A DNA stretch of 64,000 bases from Octopus vulgaris (Eukaryota). The notes beneath the pieces are model-generated. The model saw only the letters and a program-made list of their open reading frames with translations, was not told the origin of the DNA and ran no database searches. Positions 54,847 to 64,000 of this stretch are shown one piece after another (position 1 is the first letter of the stretch; every line of letters starts with the position of its first letter). The stretch is taken from positions 140,926,001-140,990,000 of the forward strand of contig OX597815.1 in the NCBI GenBank assembly GCA_951406725.2, written 5' to 3'. A program made the translations under genes and the position numbers.

Positions 54847-55603
54847 TGATTACTTTACTGCTGCTAATACTTCTACTAGTACACATAATTATCTTAGTAA
54901 CAACAATAGTGACAGTAAATTATATATATATTCAATTATTGAAGTTATAGGTAAATAAATAGCAAAATACAATTATACCATAATCAATAAACTTAATACT
55001 TTTCATCAAACACTTCACAGAGCAACACTTCATGCAACTAAAAAAAAAACATCAATAACATATTTTGTGATAATTTAGGTACAAATGAATATTTTTTTGT
55101 TATTGTTTGAGATTTGATTTGATTTACGTTTTCATATTCTTTATTGGCGATTACAATTATTCTATAATATTTCAGTTAGGATAGGAAATGGAAATAAGTA
55201 GAGAAAGGAAAGGCAGAATATTGAAAAGCTTGTTGAATAATGCAATGGAAGTTTAAAAGTTTCAAGAAGTGTAAGAATGAAAATTTACAATGTCGTCGTG
55301 ATAGAAACACTTCCAAGAAATTGTCCAGCGGCGATATAGCTTGGGATAGAAAACAGAATTAGCTGAACGTAGATCTTGTTCAGGAGGATATCTCCCGAAG
55401 CTAAATCTCACAGAAAAATGTACCCATCTGTAAACATACTGAGAGGAATTCATGACTGTATTAAATATGTGGCAAGTTAATCAATTGTACAACACATGAC
55501 TAGCTTGTCAGAAAGATTGCAATTACTACTCTCTTCCATACACAATCTATCACCGATTTCACTTCTCTGCTTCCATGAAATCCTCCTGTATCTCGCTACC
55601 TCC

Positions 55604-55645
<42 letters not shown>

Positions 55646-55982
55646 GCTAATAAATATAAATATGTAGGAATACAAACATGTATCTATGAATGGAGTGAAA
55701 TATTCGTAGCAATGTGCTGTATTTTTCACACGTATGTTTATGCAAATATACATCTTTAAACTTAAATATATATATATAAATGTAAATGCAATTTTTTTGT
55801 ATGTGAACATATCAAACGACCTTTTATGTAAACACATATAACTTTTAATGTATATATGTTTTCTTCTTAAATTACTCTAAACTGATTATGCACATGCATA
55901 ATTTCGTAGATACAAATACGCTTACATACATACAGGCACACATGCGTACGTACATACATAAATAAATGCATGCATCACGCAA

Positions 55983-56066
<84 letters not shown>

Positions 56067-56373
56067 TGATTGATATACAAAAGGAGAGAGATAAGTATAT
56101 ATTGAAATACGAATATAAATGTTATCTATTTCACTTCATTAACATTTAGTATTTGTTTTTCATGAACTTTATTTTATCTTCCTAAAAGATTATTGTCTTC
56201 TTTTTGCTTGCTCCTACTGAGAATTTGATATTAATAAAATCGTTTGCCTCTTCAATATTTTCCAGAAATATTCCTGAATTCAAAGCAGAAGGTTTTAGAT
56301 ATAGAAGCGATCTTTATTAAACATGCCAGCGTGCTCACAGTCTCAGATTCGCTTACCACTGTATATAGAATCA

Positions 56374-56458
<85 letters not shown>

Positions 56459-57360
56459 CACCTTACCGTGTGTACGCGCGTAATCCACATATATAAGCAC
56501 TACCATTAAACACGGGTGAAAAATAAAGTGAATATATAACAGAAAAGAATCGAGAAAACATAAATAAGCCACAATTTATGCGTTCTCTGGGCTACAGTAC
56601 TTTCTAAGTGATGCAATGAATAACGTTAAAAATATAAAATGGCGTAAACGCATATAATATATATGAATCACTTTAATGTAGAATAAAATTGCCTTTTTAT
56701 GTAGGCATCGTATTTGAGGTTTTAGGATAGTGGAAATTAAGAGATTATTTTTGTTTACTTTTCAAAATAAAATTAAATACTTTCGTGAATAGTTCTAAAC
56801 AGAACCTGAATCATTTTTACGGCTGAAGCTTTGGAGAGCAGTAAATTCAATGCTACATCTAAAACCTGAAGCCTAAAGATACGCATTTTTTTTTACCGCT
56901 TATGCTTGTGTTTACTTTTTTTAAACATTTATTTAATCTTTGCACAAAGTATGGAATCTTAAATTGACAGTAAAGCGTTCTCTTCATCATATTGAACGCA
57001 ATGCAGTTTTAAATAACTAAGGCACAGTGGATAAAGTGTTGATGTAGTATATCAGAAATAATGAAAAGAATTCCATCGAATGCTTTTGCTGTTGCAACAA
57101 AAGAAAATTAATTACTGTAAAATGCTTGCGATTTAATACAGGAATTGATATTTAAGAGAGATCTTGATATTTAAAAGCGCCGGTGGTGCTGCCCAAATCA
57201 GTTGTTACTTAACTTAGTTGATGTAGAGCAGATCTGCTGATACTCAACGGATATAATGAGTAAATCAACTGATAAATCAATTGAAGAAATGGGTTGATTT
57301 TCGAGTGACCACTCAATACTAAACCGATCAACAGATCAGTCAATATCTAACAATTTTTAT

Positions 57361-58135
57361 GGTGGCGAGCTGGCGGAAACGTTACCACGCCGGGCGAAAT
57401 GCTTAGTGGTATTTCGTTTGCTGTTACGTTCTGAGTTCAAATTCCGCCGAGGTCGACTTTGCCTTTCATCATTTCGATGTCAATTAAATAAGTACCAGTT
57501 ACGCACTGGGGTCGATTTAATCGACTTAATCCGTTTGTCTGTCCTTGTTTGTCCTCTCTGTGTTTATCCCCTTGTGGGTAGTAAACAAATAGGTATTTCG
57601 TTTGCCGCTACGTTCTGAGTTCAAATTCCGGCGAGGTCGACTTTGCCTTTCATCCTTACGGGGTCGATAAATTAAGTACCAGTTATGCACTGGGATCCAT
57701 ATATAATCGACTTAATCCGTTTGTCTGTCCTTGTTTGCCCCTTCTCTGTGTAGCTCCTTGTGGGCAGTAAAGAAATAGGTATTACGTCTGCCGTTACGTT
57801 CTGAGTTCAAATTCCGCCGAGGTTGACCTTGCTTTTCATCCTTTCGGGGTGAAGTAATTAAGTACCAGCTATGCACTGGGGGTCGATGTAATCACCTTAA
57901 TCCCTTTGTCTGTCCCCTCTATGTTTAGCTCCTAGTGGGCAATAAAGAAATAAGAAAGGTTAGCATGCCGGGCGAAATGCTTAGCTGCATTTCGTATCTC
58001 TTTCGTTCTGAGTCCATATTCTGCCGAGGTCGACTTTTCCTTTCATCCTTTCGGGCTCGATAAATTAAGTATCAGTTGCGTACTGGGGTCGATCTATTCG
58101 ACTGGCCCCCTCTCCCAAAATGATTAGAAAAGTAT
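57361..58135 (+). mobile_element. SINE family 1, tandem tetramer
   Basis: One head followed by four ~180-230-bp units starting at ~57361, 57591, 57779 and 57956. Confidence 0.92.
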
Positions 58136-58784
58136 ATTTAACAATTCATATAATACATTGCATGTTATTTCGTGTTATTTGTTAAGGTAGATGATCATCC
58201 TAATCGATTAAGTTACTGATTTTTAAAAAAATGTTAGGAAGCATTTCTCTAGAAATCCTTGAGTTACAAAGTTCCAATAATTGAATTATATAGTTTGTAT
58301 TTGTATTGATGCAAACTCTTAGAATACAAATGGCCTAGATATGATAATACCAGCATTTGTAGTTTTTTCACCCAGGAAATAAGTACATATGATATAACAA
58401 CTTATTATATAACCTAGGCTACACAATCACTTTTATATTGCAAATTAGACTGCGAGCTTACTTTATATATTTTTTACCAAAAGGATATTCTTTTTTAGTT
58501 TTCTTCCTTTTACATACTGAGCAGAATATTGACATTTATTGGTATTAATATAGACGAAATATTTGCCGCGGATACTGAATAGATTTCAGCAATATATTGT
58601 AATAACCTTGCCGAAAACTATTTACAGTCGGCATTGACGTTCTTATATTGACATGCTTTAATGCTGTTTCATTGATTAAATTGTTTTAACCTGCATTTCA
58701 ATATAATTCCAATTTTCCTATCTCGGCTATCAATGTATTCAAGAAGAATGCCATCTTTGATGAATATAGGGTACACTAACCAGC

Positions 58785-59125
58785 TATATGGATTATTTCC
58801 AGGTTTAATAACTAGCTACATATCTTATTACAACACACAATAACTAACTACGTGGAATATTTTATAGCCATCAATATGGATTATTTCCAAATATAATAAT
58901 AATGTATATGGATAACTTCAGAATATAATAATTAGCCCCATAAAATATACTTAGATATAATAACTGACTGCGTGGATTATTTCGAGATATCATATACAGC
59001 CATGCAGAGTATGTCCAGAAAGAACTAGTAATGCAGAGTAGTTCCAGATACGTTAACTCTTATATGAATTATTTCCAGGCGTATTAAGTAAAACTAGTGT
59101 TACTGGCGAGCAAGATACATGGATT
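58785..59125. repeat. Decayed ~32-bp minisatellite, ~10 units
   Basis: Recurrent (a/g)tggattatttccagatataataactagc-like units. Confidence 0.6.
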
Positions 59126-59342
59126 ATTCTTTTCTACTCTAGGCACCAGGCCCGAAATTTTTTGGGAGGGCGCCAGTCGATTAGACCGACCCCAGTACGC
59201 AACTGGTACTTAATTTCTCGACCCTGAAAAGATAAAGGGCATAGTCGACTTCGGCGGAATTTGAACTCAGAACGTAAGGACAGACGAAATACCCCTAAGC
59301 ATTACGCCCGGTGTGCTAACGTTTCCGCCAAATAGCCGTCTT
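59126..59342 (-). mobile_element. SINE family 1 monomer with 13-bp target-site duplication
   Basis: agatacatggatt (59113-59125) and agatacatagatt (59343-59355) flank a complete copy. Confidence 0.9.
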
Positions 59343-61221
59343 AGATACATAGATTTTTATGAGAAGTAATTGGTGAGTAATAACAGTTATCGCTCGATTA
59401 AGCTTCGGTATTTGAAAAAGAAGCGAGTTTCTGGATAATGCAGTCCTGGATATTTAATTTTGTTTTATAGATACTTAGCACCAGAAAGACGACAGGGATA
59501 CTCACGAAGAAACCTCTTCAAAAATATTTCTGCTTCTGTAAGGAGGCTTTGTCAAAAGTGAAACCGACGACAAACATCGAATTGAATATGGCAATTATGT
59601 GTAATGCTGTTTGTAACAGCTAAGCGATAAAATAACCTACTTATAAATCAAGTATAATAAAAACGATATTTGAAAAGGTAGAATGAATATTTTTTATAAA
59701 ACTTAATTTTTTTTCAAGTTTACACGACTTAAATTGTTCAACAATAACACGTGAAATATATTTTATCATATGATAACCTTTTGTAAAATCTTCTTATATA
59801 AGCGCGATGTGATTTCGTGAGAAGTTAATTTCCTGACTAAATTGTAATTTTCAGTTGCAGAAGCAATCTCCTTCAAATGAACCAAGAATCCGTAACCTAC
59901 TGAACTGAGTTTTTGTAGTATTATTAGAAATGAATCGCAAAGACTTACATTCAGAATATTCTAGAAAACTGTACAAAACGTTGAATCAGAACGTGTCTGG
60001 CTTATTTTGAATAAGCCAGTTAATACGTAACATGTTATCAATTACTGACGTAATTTTGGGAACGGGGAGAGATATTTCATCGTATCTACCAAAAGTCAAT
60101 AACTTGTAAATATTGTATCCACTCAGAGAAAGAGAGAAATAAATATCGACTTCGGTGGTATACGAACAACTAACACAACTAAATTCTCCAAATTATTTGA
60201 GTCTGTCACTCAAACATTTAGGCCAACCCACGGTCCAGGTATTGCTATATTAGAAATCATCCTTATTCACGGTATTTTGATATTTTCCAAGTTCTTAGAA
60301 GGTTCTCAAGAAAAGAATTTATAGATGACACTTAGTTACAAATTTCACATTCGTGTCTTTGGATCATTGCACGTTGTATTCTCGGTATTTGTTACTTTCA
60401 GTGAAAGAAGGGTCATGTAATTCTCTGAATTATCCAATGGAATCTTATTATAAAATAAATGAAACCAATACCGAGGTTACCCATATTCTGACATTTGTAT
60501 TTTACAAAAGAGTGAAAGCATATGGTATAGAATATTATGAAATACATTTCAACTATTTTTCTTTGACATATAAGTTTTATTAAAACCTGAATGTACTTTG
60601 AACTTCTCTATCTCAAGTTCCTTTCAAAGTTTTCCCATAATTATATGGCAGTGTATCACCAGATGTAAATGCCAGCAAACAGATTTGGAACACTAGAATC
60701 TTATTTAATATAACTCTAGATTAAATCCCAAAACAGGTTTCTGTGATCTCTGTCGCAGTCAGATCAGATGTTATTTTCTTATACATTGCTGGTTCGAATC
60801 CGATTTTATTTCGTTTGTGTATTTTATGCTTAATTTTACATTCAGGTTGAAGAGATTTTTTTTACTCCTCACCCTAATCAAAATATTTCTTTACAAAAAT
60901 AAAACAACAGCAATCATACCATTGGCAGATTTAAGTAAACTCGGCAGAACACTAGTAATCATTTGAAAAACAGCGAATGTTCAAAAAATAAAATGAATAC
61001 TCAGACATGCACTAGCTTATTAAAGATATATTATTAAATCAATACATATTCACACACAACCTTACTAACGCACACATTTGTATAGCTCTATTTACATGCA
61101 TATATGTTAATATATAAGTATGAATATGTATATGTTTATGTATATATGTATCTTTCTCTATATATGCATACATACATACACGCAAACATATATATAAACA
61201 TACATACGTACATAGATACAC

Positions 61222-61253
<32 letters not shown>

Positions 61254-62079
61254 CTTTACATATCTCTCACTATATATCTGGCTCTCTCTCTCTTCCTTTT
61301 TCTATTTTTCTATGTTACAACCTGGTATTAATTCGAACGTGTATTATTTAATGTTAGCAAGTATATGTGTGAGTCTGCGTGCGTGCGTGCGTGCGTGAGT
61401 TTGTGACTAACTGTGTGCACAAACTGATATATTTTTTCAAATGTCGATAGATGATCTCCATAACCTCTAACCATTTACGTATCTCAATGATTTGGTTTTC
61501 GTCCAAAATAGAATGGAAAAAATAATTATTGGAAGAAAGCAAGATTAAATTGCTACTTCCCCGTAATATGACCCCTAACACACCTCTCTTCCTTCATTTT
61601 GTTTTCATTTCTTTCATTTCTTTTTTCCTACATTGATATGAACACATCCAACAGAAAACTAGTAAATTATCATTTTTCTTCAGTATATTGTAAACGAAGC
61701 TGTCCAATTGATTATATGATGTTTTGGTAATATATTATATTTACCAGATTCAATTGAAGCCATTTTATATAGTTTGTTATCTCTACTTTAAGAAGTAGTA
61801 GAGTGTTTTGATTCTTTAATGTAAATGTGAATAGAAATATAAAACAATCTCTACAATTCTAATATTGAAATAAATACTCTATTTTCATTTTATTCCTGAA
61901 TCAATTATTTATTAGAATGTTATTTTCCATCTGAAATATATTCAAAAGTCATTTATTTATATAATAGCTGTAACAGAAATTATCAAATTCAATGGATATT
62001 TCCAAAATACAAGTTTCCCTTCAATTAAAATATCATAGAAGGGTATTCAGAGATATTATTGAAAGCTTTAACTTTTAAA

Positions 62080-62335
62080 TTGCTTGCTAAATGATAAAAG
62101 ATAGTGACGTTCGGAACAATCTCTAGATTGATATAATTGAAAACAACACCACCCCGCCAAGCTGATATAAAAATCCCAAAGTATTTGATTTTTGCTAAAC
62201 AATCCATTGTTGCTTGCTGAATGATAAAAGGTACTGGCATCCAGAACAATCTGTAGATTGATATAATTGAAAATAAAGCCCCAAGCTGATATGAAAATCC
62301 AACACTATTTGATTTTTGTTTAGCCATCCATTGTT
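62080..62335. repeat. Diverged 130-bp tandem duplication
   Basis: Units start at 62080 and 62210 and share gaacaatct.tagattgatataattgaaaa and ccaagctgatat.aaaatcc. Confidence 0.85.
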
Positions 62336-62734
62336 TGTTTTGCATCCATTTAATTTAGTCCTGAACCTCTGTCAAGTCTGACACATCAATCTTCTTGATG
62401 TAGATTAATAACCTTAGTTCTTATACTACACTTGGATAAAAACGTTAGCACTTTTTCCAATATTATCTTTAAACTTTCTATGCATATCGGTTAGATCGCA
62501 CACTCCACTATCGAAACAATTTACATACAAAGATAATACATAATAGTCTTTTCTAGTAAGTAGTTGCCACACATATCAGAAATGGGCTGAGGAATATGTA
62601 TTTGAAACAAAGTCTAGGAAAACGAGTTGATGATAGAAGGCATATTGGCAGAAAGACATTGGATGCAGGACCAGTTTAAACATTTTTAACACACACACAC
62701 ACACACACATACGTGAATACATATAGGAATAGCT

Positions 62735-62885
62735 ATGTGATAAGAACTTGCTCACTAACCCCATGATTTCGGGTTTAGTCCCACTGCGTTAAACCTTGGG
62801 CAAGTGTCTTCTACTATAGCCTCGGGCCGACGAAAGCCTTGTGAGTGGATTTCGTAGACGGAAACTGAAAGAAGCCCGTCGTATA
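62735..62885 (+). mobile_element. SINE family 2, 5' half
   Basis: gtcccactgcg...ccttgggcaagtgtcttctactatagcctcgggccgac...gaaactgaaagaagcccgtcgtata matches 40858-40966. Confidence 0.88.
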
Positions 62886-63329
62886 ACGCACACATATATA
62901 TACTAATAAACCCGCATTTACATACGCTGCCACACACACACGCGCGCAACAGAATGGCACACAGAGATAGGTACACACACACATTTATACAGTGAGAGAA
63001 CACACGACACAATGACACATGAAGATAAACACACACAGACACACATACACCTGCACACACGCACATATACAAATTTCCACTCCGTCGATACACACATGCC
63101 AACACACACACTCACACCACCGCCACCAGCCTCAGCCATTCACACAGCCACTCCCACCCATTGACACACCCTTCAGATAACGTGCCCACACTCCAGCTCA
63201 CACCTCTCTACCTCTCACACACGTAAAAATACACACATGCACGCAGACTATGTATATGTATGTGTGCGTGCATATATATGATTGTGTGCGTGCGTATCTG
63301 CGTGTGTGTGTACGTATGTGTATGCTTGT

Positions 63330-64000
63330 GTGTATGTGTGTGCATGTATGTGTTTATGTATATGCATGTGTGTGCATGTATGTGTGTGTTGAGTGCTTTG
63401 AGCTATATATGTGCGTTCATGATTGTGTGCGTGCATGTCTGCGTGCTTGTTTGTTCGTGAGTGTATGTGTGTGCGTGTATGTAGGTGTGTGTATGTATGT
63501 GTGCACAACCACATACACGCACACACACACGAACGCACATGTACGTCCGCACACACAACACACACCCAACAGACACATACATGCACGAACATACACGCAC
63601 ACACTCACACTCACACGAACCCAGACATACCTCCACATGCACAACACACACACAGCACAGACTTACATACATACACATACATACACACGCGTACGTACAC
63701 ACACACATGCACAGACATACATACATACACATACATACACACGCGTACGTACACACACACATGCACACACATACATACACACGTACATAGCGCACGCAAA
63801 CACACACACGCTTGCATACAGATACACACACATACATACACACACCTACATACACGCACACACATACACTCACGAACAAACAAGCACGCAGACATGCACG
63901 CACACAATCATGAACGCACATATATAGCTCAAAGCACTCAACACACACATACATGCACACACATGCATATACATAAACACATACATGCACACACATACAC
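63330..64000. repeat. Long inverted repeat in degenerate (CA/TG)n DNA, running off the window end
   Basis: 63330-63503 is the reverse complement of 63827-64000, including non-repetitive words (gagtgctttgagctatatat). Spacer 323 bp. Confidence 0.92.

Noticed and set aside
62025-62345. 106-aa minus-strand ORF over the tandem duplication
   Set aside because: The two units are read in different frames, so coding constraint is unlikely.

Overview
AT-rich eukaryotic genomic DNA made almost entirely of repeats. The microsatellite load and SINE families resemble an octopus or other coleoid cephalopod (my recognition, not a database result). No host protein-coding exon, rRNA, tRNA gene or CRISPR array can be supported, and most ORF-track entries are microsatellite artefacts or retroelement debris. 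The only long ORF (47562-49562, 666 aa) is the RT + CCHC + restriction-like endonuclease portion of a young, 5'-truncated R4/Dong-clade non-LTR retrotransposon. Two microsatellite-linked mobile systems stand out. (1) (TAA)n tracts hold co-oriented trains of several Dong subfamilies (200-1160 and 47470-54110). (2) Short non-coding inserts in or beside (TA)n tracts carry hammerhead-ribozyme-like cores (8450-8484, 8704-8738, 9513-9585, 14415-14502). The same region holds a 1.5-mer of a 780-bp unit with identical 420-bp direct repeats (12860-14059) and a Penelope GIY-YIG relic, suggesting Penelope-derived retrozyme-like elements. Also present: Tx1-like, CR1/L2-like and RTE LINE fossils, Helitron and mariner fossils, two tRNA-derived SINE families (one in tandem multimers), and several long inverted repeats. 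All alignments and folds were done by eye; boundaries of decayed elements are approximate.
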